Virus record (IMG/VR): IMGVR_UViG_3300021400_005597 | Origin: an uncultured virus (IMG/VR IMGVR_UViG_3300021400_005597) | Taxonomy: Duplodnaviria > Heunggongvirae > Uroviricota > Caudoviricetes | Reading direction: 5' to 3' (one strand) | Length of the DNA stretch: 64,000 nucleotides | Part shown: piece by piece, positions 1 to 10,359 of the stretch | Layout: each line of letters begins with the position of its first letter | Numbering within the stretch: position 1 is the first letter of the stretch | Program-made: the position numbers and the translations under genes | Notes under the pieces: generated by a model | What the model saw: only the letters and a program-made list of their open reading frames with translations | Databases searched by the model: none | What the model was told of the DNA's origin: nothing

Positions 1-9
1 CAATAAATG

Positions 10-1518
10 TTAGTTATAATCGTCGTCATCATAATCTTCATCATAATCTTCATTGTGATAGTTTGGAATACAGTCTAAAAACTGAGATAAATACAATATT
101 GTGCGTTCATCTGTAATATCACATCCATAATTAAGTTCTGCTGCTTCAAAAAATTCTTCAGGTGAGCGGCAATAACTTGCAAGCTCGCACAATTCTGATT
201 CCATCTGCATATCAAACTCGTCATCTTCTGAAATCCAAGGGGTTTCATAATAACCGCCATAGTCGATATCCTGATAACTATATCCACTACCATAGCCATA
301 GAAATTGTATTTCGGCTTTGGTTCATGTTCGATTAAATCAGCAGTAAGTCCGGATAAGGCTTTTCTTTTTTCTTTATTTTGTTCGATTAGTTTATCGTTT
401 GTTTTACAAAGACTGCTTATAAGTGCTTCTAAGCTTAATACATAGCCTTCAAACTGTGGTTGTCTTACCTTTACACCTGAATTACCATGCATATCACCAT
501 CGCAAGGTAAACAAAGACTGCAAGCCGGCACATTTCTTTTCTTAAATGCCATACCCTCATCAAACATACCGGTAGAACCCGAGTCGTATTCGTCATTAAG
601 GTCTTTAGGACGCTTTTTATTGCTTATAGGGGTTACTGTAAAAGTCTGTGTATCTTCTGGTTCAAGACTTAAGAGTGTCTGATAAGAAGTTTCAATCATA
701 TCGGTACTCATATTTTCCAAAGAACACAACATTCCTTCGTCATAACCTTCATAAGTAACATCTAAGGCAATACCTTTAAGATTGTTATATCCAAGATTTC
801 TTAGATTATCAACTATGGCTTTAAGACCTGTACATTTGCCTGATTCTTCATTTGCTGTAAAGGCGAAGATTACATTATCCGGCATCTGATTTTCCTGCAT
901 TAAAATAGTGCTTGCTGCATTTGTGCCTAAATTATCATATGTTCCTTTGAGATACTGATTATTTTCAGATAATTCACTAAATGGTTTAGTAATTTCCTCT
1001 ACATTATCAGCATGTGATGATACAATGATAATTTCGCTATTTTTATCAAGGTCTTTAAGAGTCGGTCTATGGCAAAACAAAAAGTGGTCTTTCTCAATTA
1101 TATGATATTCAGTACACTCTAATTCCTTTTTAATGGCTTCAAGTTTATCTTTTACATAAAAACCTGTATCATTATGTGAATAACACTTTTTAGCAAGGTT
1201 TTCCAATACCTTGATATGTCTTTGTTCTCTTTCAGATAATTCAAAAGCAGGTAATGGCTCAATTTCTGGTTCTTCTTCTATATCTTCTTCTTCATCGTCT
1301 TTATAAGAAGTAGCTATCAGATCCTTGAAATCATCTTTGGTTTTTTTGCTTAATCCCTGCCGTTTAATTCTGGTTTCTTTTAAGGCGTAGGACTTGATTT
1401 CAATAGTGATTTCATCTGCTGTATTGTCAGCTCCTAATTCCTTACAATATTCAAGCCATTTATAACCCGGTACTTGAGAACGGGATATTGTTATTGTTGG
1501 GTGTTTATCTATTTCCAT
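10..1518 (-). CDS. M28/M20-type zinc peptidase-like protein with acidic C-terminus
   Basis: Motifs SSHAD, GTYDN, ANEE, LDVT, DMH match M28/M20 metal ligands. Confidence 0.65.
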   Translation of the reverse strand: MEIDKHPTITISRSQVPGYKWLEYCKELGADNTADEITIEIKSYALKETRIKRQGLSKKTKDDFKDLIATSYKDDEEEDIEEEPEIEPLPAFELSEREQRHIKVLENLAKKCYSHNDTGFYVKDKLEAIKKELECTEYHIIEKDHFLFCHRPTLKDLDKNSEIIIVSSHADNVEEITKPFSELSENNQYLKGTYDNLGTNAASTILMQENQMPDNVIFAFTANEESGKCTGLKAIVDNLRNLGYNNLKGIALDVTYEGYDEGMLCSLENMSTDMIETSYQTLLSLEPEDTQTFTVTPISNKKRPKDLNDEYDSGSTGMFDEGMAFKKRNVPACSLCLPCDGDMHGNSGVKVRQPQFEGYVLSLEALISSLCKTNDKLIEQNKEKRKALSGLTADLIEHEPKPKYNFYGYGSGYSYQDIDYGGYYETPWISEDDEFDMQMESELCELASYCRSPEEFFEAAELNYGCDITDERTILYLSQFLDCIPNYHNEDYDEDYDDDDYN

Positions 1519-1520
1519 TT

Positions 1521-2300
1521 TTATTCCTTTTCTACAGACTGATCATTAACTAATTCATCATATTCATCTTTAGATTTAACTAAAGTCCAATCAAAATCTT
1601 CATAGACGAATCCTTCTTCTTGGTCATATTCAAGTATAGGAAGTTCGAAACCTTCAATATATCCATTTTCATTATGGATAATACCACGATATCCCTGCTC
1701 TTCTTCCCAAGCTAAATGGAATGTGCATTTATCTGCTAATTTTTCAAGCCATGCTACGGGTGGGCACCAAGGTGTATCAAACCTGATTTCCAATTTATCG
1801 CCTTTTTTGGTTGTATAAGTATCGCAACCATTCCATTTACAGCCCCATTGCTTATAATGGTAATCATACCAATTAAAGCAGCCATATTTGTCAAAATTTT
1901 CAATATATCTGTTTCCCATTTCACACATTTCATCGATATATTCCGACTGTGTGATAAATGTTGTACATCTCATACCTATACCATCTTCATCTTTAACCCA
2001 AACATTATCTTCACTATGTAAATGAGCGTGTCGTTCTTCTTTTGAATTTACAATCTCTTTAGCATATTGGATATTGTCTTCAGAAATTTCATATTTTTCT
2101 AATAAATCTTTTGGCACTTTCTTTGTACATTTTTCTGATAAACTTAGATATATTGCTTCTTTTTTAGTAGGCGAAATAGTCCTATTAAATGATTCAGGGA
2201 TTGGTGCAATAATGCTGAAATCTACATTTCCATTAGCGTCCAATACTAAATCTTTATCTTTCTTTGAAATTGTTAAGTAGTTATCAACCCAATTTGGCAT
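1521..2300 (-). CDS. DUF1281/Api92-like ferredoxin-fold protein
   Basis: N-terminal MPNWVDN, NWYD...WGCKWN, FDTPWCPP. Confidence 0.7.
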   Translation of the reverse strand: MPNWVDNYLTISKKDKDLVLDANGNVDFSIIAPIPESFNRTISPTKKEAIYLSLSEKCTKKVPKDLLEKYEISEDNIQYAKEIVNSKEERHAHLHSEDNVWVKDEDGIGMRCTTFITQSEYIDEMCEMGNRYIENFDKYGCFNWYDYHYKQWGCKWNGCDTYTTKKGDKLEIRFDTPWCPPVAWLEKLADKCTFHLAWEEEQGYRGIIHNENGYIEGFELPILEYDQEEGFVYEDFDWTLVKSKDEYDELVNDQSVEKE

Positions 2301-2473
2301 AATAAAGTCTCCTTTCGATTTGTATATTTATATATGTATAAAAAGGAGTAAAAAATATAAGAGTCTTAGTAAAGAAAAGCATACGGGGTTAGGATAAAAC
2401 AAAATACCCACCTGAGGACAAGGCGGGTACTTTGTGGTTGGTTTTATAAAGGAGGTATGATGCGATTGTTGGC

Positions 2474-2851
2474 TTATTCAAATAATGGATCGTTTCCAAG
2501 ATAAGGTACACCATTTACATGCCATACCTGTGGGTGGGTGTTCTTATAAAGGAACTCTTCGTCAGTTGTTTTGGTGGTATTTGTTTTGTCATTCTTGGCA
2601 GTTTCATTGCCATTTGAATGGCCTGTAAAATTAGGACCACCGTTTGAATGTCCTACAAATGAGATTTCGATGCCTGTAGGACCAACGAATCTTGTTGTAG
2701 TATGGTTAAGGTTTTTAGTAGTCTCTGTGGAAACTACTGTTTCCTTTGTGTTTTTAGGTGTATTTTCTACATTTGCAGTATTGCAAGCTGTGAAAACGAT
2801 TGATGTTAATAATGTTGCTGCGATGATTGTAGTTTTAATAGTTTTATTCAT
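2474..2851 (-). CDS. Small lipoprotein
   Basis: Signal peptide with lipobox VFTAC; repeated FxGHSNG. Confidence 0.7.
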   Translation of the reverse strand: MNKTIKTTIIAATLLTSIVFTACNTANVENTPKNTKETVVSTETTKNLNHTTTRFVGPTGIEISFVGHSNGGPNFTGHSNGNETAKNDKTNTTKTTDEEFLYKNTHPQVWHVNGVPYLGNDPLFE

Positions 2852-3070
2852 ATTTAATACCGTCCTTTCGTTTTACGGGGTTTTGTTTTTTTTACACATA
2901 TATATGTAAAATAAAAAATAAAAAAATTTGTTCATCTTGGGTTTGGGTTCGAACCTTGTTTCTGGAGTTAATATAACAAGATTTTCAGGACGGTAGTAGT
3001 CAAAATGAAAATTTGACACTTTTATAGGTATCTAACATTTCTGCGATATAAAAAAGAGCCATGTGGCTCT

Positions 3071-3238
3071 TTATTTTAGTTTTTCGTACTTTTCATTTAT
3101 CCATTGACTGATAAGTGCGGATTTTGTTGTGTTGGTTTTCTCTGCTATTTCTTTTAATCTACGCCTTTCTTCTAATGTTACGGATGCATAAATAATAGCT
3201 CTTTCAATATTAGTTTTGTCATTTGCCTGATTTTCCAT
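3071..3238 (-). CDS. CopG/ribbon-helix-helix DNA-binding protein (55 aa, not in ORF track)
   Basis: Manual translation MENQANDKTNIERAIIYASVTLEERRRLKEIAEKTNTTKSALISQWINEKYEKLK; RBS AGAGG; TTGACT...TATAAT upstream; hairpin 3053-3072 downstream. Confidence 0.7.
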   Translation of the reverse strand: MENQANDKTNIERAIIYASVTLEERRRLKEIAEKTNTTKSALISQWINEKYEKLK

Positions 3239-3323
3239 AAAGCACCTCTTTTTTTTATTTTAATTATATAGAAAATAAGGGCTTATAGTCAATTAAGAAA
3301 AAAAGAACCCAGGGAGCGGGTTC

Positions 3324-3845
3324 TTAATAGTCTTCTTGTAAATCATCATTTTCCAAGTCGAGTTCAGTAAACTTATCAGATTTAATATATTCAGATATAA
3401 GTTCAAATTGGTTATTGATATATTTACGGATAGATATTAATTCTTCAAATGTAGGATAAGAACTATATCTTGAATTTGTATATTCTTGTCTTAAATCCTT
3501 TAAAAATGTTTTAGTTTCTCTCCATTCTTCTCTGCTTAGTCTTGGTAAGAAATTAGGAAAACTATCTTTTATTTCAATCACTAATTTTAATATATTATGA
3601 TCATTTGTCAAAAAATCTGGTATAGGAAGCTGATACCAATCGCATTGTTTTTCTCCAGCATATAGGAATCCTTTATATAGTCGTTCCAGTATATTTGCTG
3701 CTCTGCTTATATCCCCATAACAGAAAGTCTCTTCAGTTACTTTATTAAGACTATTTAAATCTGAAATGGCGTGATTAAAGTATTTATTGTCCATTGGATT
3801 AGCATTTTCAGCGATTTGATTTAAAATACTTTGAGGGATTATCAT
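3324..3845 (-). CDS. HEPN-domain protein
   Basis: LERLYKGFL, NDHNILKL and Y..SRY resemble HEPN; start moved to ATG 3845 after AAAGGAG. Confidence 0.6.
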   Translation of the reverse strand: MIIPQSILNQIAENANPMDNKYFNHAISDLNSLNKVTEETFCYGDISRAANILERLYKGFLYAGEKQCDWYQLPIPDFLTNDHNILKLVIEIKDSFPNFLPRLSREEWRETKTFLKDLRQEYTNSRYSSYPTFEELISIRKYINNQFELISEYIKSDKFTELDLENDDLQEDY

Positions 3846-3847
3846 AA

Positions 3848-4165
3848 TTATCTCCTTTTCCAAAGGACAATTCCCTTACCTCTTTCCATATCATTAGGCT
3901 CACAAGAAAGATTTAATTGAAAACAGTATTTGTTTTCATCGATATCATCCATTGTATCGTATAAATCTTTATTTACAAAACCTTCATTTAATTCAATAAC
4001 TAAACCGATCCAATTATTAAAATGGTTGTTACTGATACAGCTTCTTTCAGCATATATTTCATTGATATATTTTGCATCATCACAAGATAATAATGCCTGA
4101 ATAATTTTATATACATCTGCTTTTTCTGCTGTATTATCAAGGTTTTGGAATTCCTCTGTGTACAT
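3848..4165 (-). CDS. Degenerate minimal nucleotidyltransferase (MNT)-like protein
   Basis: Size, INEIYAERSC and GIVLWK ends, position upstream of HEPN; GS and DxD motifs absent. Confidence 0.5.
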   Translation of the reverse strand: MYTEEFQNLDNTAEKADVYKIIQALLSCDDAKYINEIYAERSCISNNHFNNWIGLVIELNEGFVNKDLYDTMDDIDENKYCFQLNLSCEPNDMERGKGIVLWKRR

Positions 4166-4365
4166 ATTGTTCTCCTTTATATGTGAAAAATTGAGTGTAA
4201 TATGGTTAGTATAATATGTAAAATAAAAAATTAAAAAATAAGAGCCTGTCGTAACAAGCCCTTTGCAAAAGCGTGAATGCTTTTAGATATGTATTAATTT
4301 TAGTAGAATATTGGATAAAAGTCAAATTAAAAGAGCAAAGATTTTACTCTCTGCTCTTTATAGTT

Positions 4366-7300
4366 TTAATCATATACATACATTGTTTTACCATTATTTA
4401 GGTATTCCGTGTATGCCGGGTTACTTGTGGTATGTCCATCACCCCTAGGGATTCGTTGTGGCGGCATAATATCGAGAGCTTGTTCATCAAATTTTACATC
4501 AAAACTATCCCAAGCTTCGAATGACATCTTATAACCATCTTCATAATAATCACCATAGAATGATTTCAATACTTCCATAGCACCGTCATCATATTCATAG
4601 ACATTATCGCCTTTAAGGAACCAGCCTTCAAATGAATACATATCTTCTTCTGTTGAGATATCTTCCATATCATTTGCAGCGTCTAATACTGCCTGTGCAT
4701 CATCTATACCAAGTGTACTGCACATTTTAAGAAGTGCTGGGAAGATTGCTGATGTTGTATCATCTACAATGCCGGCTGCAAAGTATAAGGCTCTTTTTGA
4801 AATATACTGGCTGAAACTTCCCGGACTTTGTGGGAATACTGAGAACCATCTCTTTGCAAGAGTCATCCAGTATAATCTCCATGTCGCCTGAGTAACGATA
4901 TCATTTTCAAGTTTGCCATATCTTGCTGCTAAAACATCTTTATAGTTGCTATCATTAATAAATGGCTTATTGATTGAAAGCAAGAATGCAGCGGTCATAT
5001 AATCATCTGATGAACCGTTCATTACTATACTATCGCCAACAAGTTTTTGGACAATAGACATATTCTGTGAGTCCATATACTGATTTACAGCATTTAACTG
5101 TTCAAGTTTTAACTGCTCATACATATGCTCACCGACAACATCTTGGAAAGTTAAGTAATGTGGTGTCTTAAAATTATCAAGCTGTGCCAAGCCTTCATAG
5201 GTCATCATAGTAATAATATCACAAGTTGGAACGATATGGCCTGCACAATGACCGTTACACATGCCCACATAACCTGCAGCTTCGTTATTAACTGGAACAA
5301 AATTATGTTGTTCTTCGACACTTGAATATGAATTTAAGTATCTGATTGTCATTGGGAAACCGCCCGGTCCGGGAACAGTTTTTTCTAACCACTCATACTG
5401 CCAAACTTCAACATAATCTACTGTTTCTACAAAATGGATATCACCATAAGGATAGTCGTGTGAATACCAAGGCACTTCTACATAATCATCACAATGCTTT
5501 TGTGCATTTGCGTACCAACTATAGTCCATATTACCCTTAATACAGCTTACGGCGATATTGTTGCCTTTACCGTAATTATTTTCTGTAATGACCTCAATAT
5601 TTAATGAATTTGCGTTATTTGCATCTAAATTAAATATATGAATGTTCTCTGCATTAGGATGTGGATTTAATTTGTCAGCTAATGGTGTTATTTTATTTTC
5701 CATTTTATTGCCACCAAGGGCCTGATATACTTCCTTAAACTGTCCATTTTTATTAGGAACGATAACATTCAAATAGAAAGATACATAAGAGTAATTTGTG
5801 GCATTGCCGTTATATCCTAAATATTTTTTAAGTTTTGTTACAAGGTCAATTACATCGGGTGAAGAAAATACATTATTATATTCATCGTGGAAATAAATAT
5901 TATTACATTCTGCGTTAAATTGAACACTTGAACCGCCATTTTTGCCTATATAACCCGGAATTAATGAACCATCGTCCTGCTCTTGTAAGTAATCTACATG
6001 AGGTGCTCTATGACCATTATTACAGTAGAAAATTGCACTCTCTACGCCATTACCCGCACCATATTTCTTAAGTTTATAACCTGATGGATTACCCTCAGCA
6101 TCTTTAATCATAATATATTTTACAGGATCTACGCCATTGGTATCATATTTATTAACAGAGTGAGATGCTGCATACATATAATAGCAATATGCTAATGCTG
6201 ATGGCCATTCTTCAAAGCCTATCTCATTAAGCATTTTGGTGTGCATCATATTCATAATCGGAATAATATTTGCATTAGGCTCTACGCTGTTACGCTCTTT
6301 TATTGCTGAAACATATGTATCTTTGAATACTTTTTCACCATTACCCCATGTTGAAACATTATCTGATTCTTCCCATACATAGGATTTATCATATGTTGAT
6401 GTTTCCTGAGGAGTACAAGGAAGACCATATTTACCTACTACAACGGTATTTAAGAACTGTCTTTCGGTATTTGTGTCCATAATATATGTATATTCAGCAC
6501 CGATATCATAAGTAACTGCATTGGCAATAGCCTGACAATAATTAAGATTATCAAGGTTTCCTTGTAAATTAGTACCTGTAGATGCAAAATGAATAGCGTA
6601 ATAACATAATAAAACAATGATTACAACGGCAGCTACAATAACAACGATAAGTAAAAACAAAACTGCAGCAATAATTGCTATAATCCAGCCTACAGGAGTT
6701 GCTGCAACACCTACTGTTGCTGCTCCACCTGCACCTGCTACACCACCGGCTGCTACGCCGCCAGCTGCAACGCCACCTGCACCTACAACGCTACTTGCTA
6801 AAGTTGCACCTTTTGCTGCAAGAGCTCCTACTTTACCACCCTTAGCGAGTAAATCTGCAAGTCTGGCAAGTCTTTGAGCATTTCTTCTTGCTCTGTCTGC
6901 TTTCTTTTGCATTTTAAGGAGTTTCTTGGCATCTTTTGCGGTTTTCTTTGCACCTAAAACAGCCTTACTGCCTTTCTTTGCATTGGCGGTTGCCTTTGCT
7001 GTTTTCTTGGCTGCTGTTGCTCCTTTTTTACCGGAGATGACTGTTTTTTTACCAAGTGGATCTCTTTGCAGTTTTTCAATGATTTGTTTATTCTTTTTTT
7101 GTAATACAGCGTCTGTCTTAAAGTCTTTGGCACTTTTACGAAGTGGATGTCTTAATTTTTCTGTTGTTTCATAGAATGCTTTTGAAGTCTTTTCAACAGT
7201 TTCGCCTTTGGATTTGAAATTTTTAGCTTTATTAAGTAAATCATTATATCTAGCCGGATCAATATATTTATATTTTTCGGCTTGCTCAGTAAATAATTCT

Positions 7301-8193
7301 GCTTTTCTATGTAAAGTTTTGGCATATGCTTTAGAACCTTGGTAAAAGGCTTTGGTAGATGAGTGAGCCATTATTTTGGCACCTGTGATACCAGGTCTTA
7401 TAATAGCAGATGAAACATTATAGCCTTGTTTCATGTTATCGTCCATTAAACTTTGAGCAACTATTCTTCTACCGTATGATTTAAGACCGCCTACATAGCC
7501 ATTAACTAAACCCTGCCCCGGAACTTGTCCACTTGTAATTGAACTTAAGGCTTTTGAGGAGTTCTGCATATTGGTTATTGCTTTTACTCCACTTTCAATG
7601 TCAGATGCTTTCATTTGTTTCAAAGCATCGTATTTATTGATAATAGAGGTGAACTCAGGGTTTAATATACCCTTTCCGTCAGCTGTTTTTTTTATAAATA
7701 CGCTGTTGTTATTCATAAACTGATTAAGTTCACTTACCATTTCGTCAGTAACTTTGTTATCTTTCTGGCTTGAGAAATAATTTTGTACGAAAGAATTATT
7801 TTGTTTGAGGCTTTCGACATTTTTATTATCAAATAAAGCAATATCCTGAATACATTTATTAACACCGGCTTGCGATGTTAAATTATAGTCTTCAAGATTG
7901 ATGTTTGCATTTTTCAGGTGTTCATTTGAAAGATTACAGTATTGTAAGTTTTCATGAGTAACTGCTTTTTCAATATGAAGCATAGGAATGGCTAAAGATG
8001 CAACGGCAGCAACTTTTTTGATTTCATTCTTTTGTGTATGCACCCAGTTTTCATCAGTATGTGTCTGCGATACACTAATTTCTTTTGCTGTTCTTGCACC
8101 GGCCATTACCTTTGATAATGCACTTTCAGTTACTTTGCTTGTTCTGTTTTGAAAATTTAATGACATTGCGTCTTTGAACAAGTTGTTATCCAT
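4366..8193 (-). CDS. Large membrane-anchored conjugation-associated protein
   Basis: Lys/Ala-rich cytoplasmic part, Gly/Ala repeats, one long hydrophobic segment, CNGHCAGH motif; lies downstream of virB4. Confidence 0.55.
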   Translation of the reverse strand: MDNNLFKDAMSLNFQNRTSKVTESALSKVMAGARTAKEISVSQTHTDENWVHTQKNEIKKVAAVASLAIPMLHIEKAVTHENLQYCNLSNEHLKNANINLEDYNLTSQAGVNKCIQDIALFDNKNVESLKQNNSFVQNYFSSQKDNKVTDEMVSELNQFMNNNSVFIKKTADGKGILNPEFTSIINKYDALKQMKASDIESGVKAITNMQNSSKALSSITSGQVPGQGLVNGYVGGLKSYGRRIVAQSLMDDNMKQGYNVSSAIIRPGITGAKIMAHSSTKAFYQGSKAYAKTLHRKAELFTEQAEKYKYIDPARYNDLLNKAKNFKSKGETVEKTSKAFYETTEKLRHPLRKSAKDFKTDAVLQKKNKQIIEKLQRDPLGKKTVISGKKGATAAKKTAKATANAKKGSKAVLGAKKTAKDAKKLLKMQKKADRARRNAQRLARLADLLAKGGKVGALAAKGATLASSVVGAGGVAAGGVAAGGVAGAGGAATVGVAATPVGWIIAIIAAVLFLLIVVIVAAVVIIVLLCYYAIHFASTGTNLQGNLDNLNYCQAIANAVTYDIGAEYTYIMDTNTERQFLNTVVVGKYGLPCTPQETSTYDKSYVWEESDNVSTWGNGEKVFKDTYVSAIKERNSVEPNANIIPIMNMMHTKMLNEIGFEEWPSALAYCYYMYAASHSVNKYDTNGVDPVKYIMIKDAEGNPSGYKLKKYGAGNGVESAIFYCNNGHRAPHVDYLQEQDDGSLIPGYIGKNGGSSVQFNAECNNIYFHDEYNNVFSSPDVIDLVTKLKKYLGYNGNATNYSYVSFYLNVIVPNKNGQFKEVYQALGGNKMENKITPLADKLNPHPNAENIHIFNLDANNANSLNIEVITENNYGKGNNIAVSCIKGNMDYSWYANAQKHCDDYVEVPWYSHDYPYGDIHFVETVDYVEVWQYEWLEKTVPGPGGFPMTIRYLNSYSSVEEQHNFVPVNNEAAGYVGMCNGHCAGHIVPTCDIITMMTYEGLAQLDNFKTPHYLTFQDVVGEHMYEQLKLEQLNAVNQYMDSQNMSIVQKLVGDSIVMNGSSDDYMTAAFLLSINKPFINDSNYKDVLAARYGKLENDIVTQATWRLYWMTLAKRWFSVFPQSPGSFSQYISKRALYFAAGIVDDTTSAIFPALLKMCSTLGIDDAQAVLDAANDMEDISTEEDMYSFEGWFLKGDNVYEYDDGAMEVLKSFYGDYYEDGYKMSFEAWDSFDVKFDEQALDIMPPQRIPRGDGHTTSNPAYTEYLNNGKTMYVYD

Positions 8194-8218
8194 ATCAAAA
8201 CTCCTTTAATATTTATCT

Positions 8219-8938
8219 TTACTGGTTTTCTGCTTTTAAGGTTTCTATTTCTGCTTTAACTAATCTTTCTGCTTCGTCAATAATAGACTCTTCATATTCG
8301 ATTTCTTCTTTGACTGCGTTAATATCCATATCATCTAAAACATCGAATGTTACCAAATCTGTATGGCAAAGAAGTCTGATAATATTACCACCTTGTAATC
8401 CTTCATCAGTCTGAATATCTGTTGTAAGCTGATTAGGAGTAGTTCTTGTTAAATAGAATAAGAGTGGGTTAACGATATTACAGTATAATCTGTTCTTTGC
8501 TGTGTCTAAATCTTCTTCATCAAAGTTTTCAATCACCTGTAAGACAAATAATGCCTGATGGTCAAAATCGTTAAGAAGATTGTCTTTTTTGAACTTTTCA
8601 AGTCTGAGCCATAATAATTTAAGATCATTGGACTCGGCATTTGGGAATACAAGGTCTACTGTATAAAAGTCCGGTAAAGTACGATTAGGATATAAATATA
8701 CCTCGCACTTGTTGATGTTGATGATTGTATGTGGTGGTAAATGTTCAAAATCGTTATTTTCTACCATATAATTGGTATAGGTAAGTTTTGCTTTTGATTT
8801 ACCATCATTATCTTTACCGGAGAGTCTTTGGCAAAATTCCTGTATCTGATAATCACTTAACTGTATTACATCAGATAAATCTCCCGTTTGCTGTCTAGCC
8901 TCGTCAAAATATTCGGTAAAATCTAAATTTTCAGACAT
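8219..8938 (-). CDS. Hypothetical protein
   Basis: 239 aa ORF with AGGAG RBS and motif upstream. Confidence 0.7.
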   Translation of the reverse strand: MSENLDFTEYFDEARQQTGDLSDVIQLSDYQIQEFCQRLSGKDNDGKSKAKLTYTNYMVENNDFEHLPPHTIININKCEVYLYPNRTLPDFYTVDLVFPNAESNDLKLLWLRLEKFKKDNLLNDFDHQALFVLQVIENFDEEDLDTAKNRLYCNIVNPLLFYLTRTTPNQLTTDIQTDEGLQGGNIIRLLCHTDLVTFDVLDDMDINAVKEEIEYEESIIDEAERLVKAEIETLKAENQ

Positions 8939-9070
8939 ATTATTATCTCCTTTTCTTAATTTGAATAAAAAAATGCTAATAATATATGTGAAAAAATATT
9001 TTTATAATTGTATATGTAAAATTAAGGGTAAAAAATAGAAAAAAGACCAAATAAATGGCCTTTTTATTAG

Positions 9071-10348
9071 TTAGATTACTAATTCTTCGTTTGTAATAGA
9101 CTGCTCTTTCAGAGCTTTCTTTGCTTTGGTAATACTTCCATTATATTTTTCAAGTAATGGAATAAGTTCAGGATTATTTCTGATGATTGCCATATATTCT
9201 CTTTGTTTATCCAGTTTTGGATATCTGGCTTTATTTCTATCGAACATATTGACACTTGGTGCGGGAGCATCTATTTCGTCCAATATATGAGCGGTAGAAC
9301 TTTTATGGAAATACTTAACGCCTTGTCTATTTTTTTTGTATTGGTTTGGCATTTTTTTATATTTATAAGTGTGTTTTAATTCGACCTTATTAATATCATT
9401 AATTGAACCAATTTTACCTTGCTCCATTAGGAATAATCTAACAAGAGATGGGCTTATTTTTAATTTTTGAGATATTTGTTGTTGATTGTAGCCTTGTTCG
9501 TATAATTCTATTGTTTTATCGGAACGGTGTTGTCGCCGTGTATATTCTTCTATACCGGAATGTCTTATGGCATATAATTGTGTTGCATCCTTGCATTCAG
9601 GGTGGCTTTCTTGATATGCTTTTAGATCGGCATGAACTGTGGCACGGGTAATGCCTAATTCGTCTGCTATTTCTTGTTGTGTATAACCATGTGATGAACC
9701 TTTACAATTATACATTTCCCATACTAATTGGCGACGGTTTTCAACAACTTTATCGTGCTGTGTTTGATGTAATTCAGGGTATTCTGCAATAATTATATCT
9801 CTGATAATCGCTAATCCCGGTTGCGGTATAGCTAATAATTTGCAAAGCATTTCTTTATCACTTAAATATGGAGATTCGACTGATGCATATACTTTAACAA
9901 GAGCATCTTTTCTATTATCTACCAAATATAACAAATAACTGGATACTTCTTTAGTTTGTTTATAATTTTTATAAGCATCCATATCTTGTGCTGTTGCAGA
10001 GAAGAAATTTTTAGCTATTTGTCTTGCATAGTCAGAGTCGGTAAATGAATATACATCGTAAGGCTCACACCAAAAGCCCAAATCATTTAAAGCATTTTCT
10101 CTATCATTAGGATATTGTGCTAAATATGAATTACGGACATTAATAAGTTTATCTAATAAAATAGGATTTTCAGACTCTACTTCTTCAATTTTCTTAGGCA
10201 TATCTACAAAATTATTGCGATACATTACTCTGGCACTTGCTTTTGGGATGCCATAATATCTACAAAATATGTCTAAACTAAACCTATCTTGTTCAATTAA
10301 TGTACGCATTGTATTGACTCGGTTTTGATAAATTTGGTAAATATCCAT
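9071..10348 (-). CDS. DNA-binding protein with two HTH motifs
   Basis: YTQQEIADELGITRATVHADL and YNQQQISQKLKISPSLVRLFL. Confidence 0.7.
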   Translation of the reverse strand: MDIYQIYQNRVNTMRTLIEQDRFSLDIFCRYYGIPKASARVMYRNNFVDMPKKIEEVESENPILLDKLINVRNSYLAQYPNDRENALNDLGFWCEPYDVYSFTDSDYARQIAKNFFSATAQDMDAYKNYKQTKEVSSYLLYLVDNRKDALVKVYASVESPYLSDKEMLCKLLAIPQPGLAIIRDIIIAEYPELHQTQHDKVVENRRQLVWEMYNCKGSSHGYTQQEIADELGITRATVHADLKAYQESHPECKDATQLYAIRHSGIEEYTRRQHRSDKTIELYEQGYNQQQISQKLKISPSLVRLFLMEQGKIGSINDINKVELKHTYKYKKMPNQYKKNRQGVKYFHKSSTAHILDEIDAPAPSVNMFDRNKARYPKLDKQREYMAIIRNNPELIPLLEKYNGSITKAKKALKEQSITNEELVI

Positions 10349-10359
10349 ATTAGTACCTC

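Noticed and set aside
2946..2955. GGTTCGAACC resembling a tRNA T-loop
   Set aside because: No acceptor, D or anticodon stems could be built; only a short palindrome
4178..4190. Extra motif copy TATATGTGAAAAA
   Set aside because: Abuts the RBS, too close to act as a promoter for 4165; the 4213 copy was counted instead
6617..7174. Antisense and nested short ORFs in the track (here and throughout)
   Set aside because: Shadow frames of long genes with no RBS or motif; most use non-ATG starts
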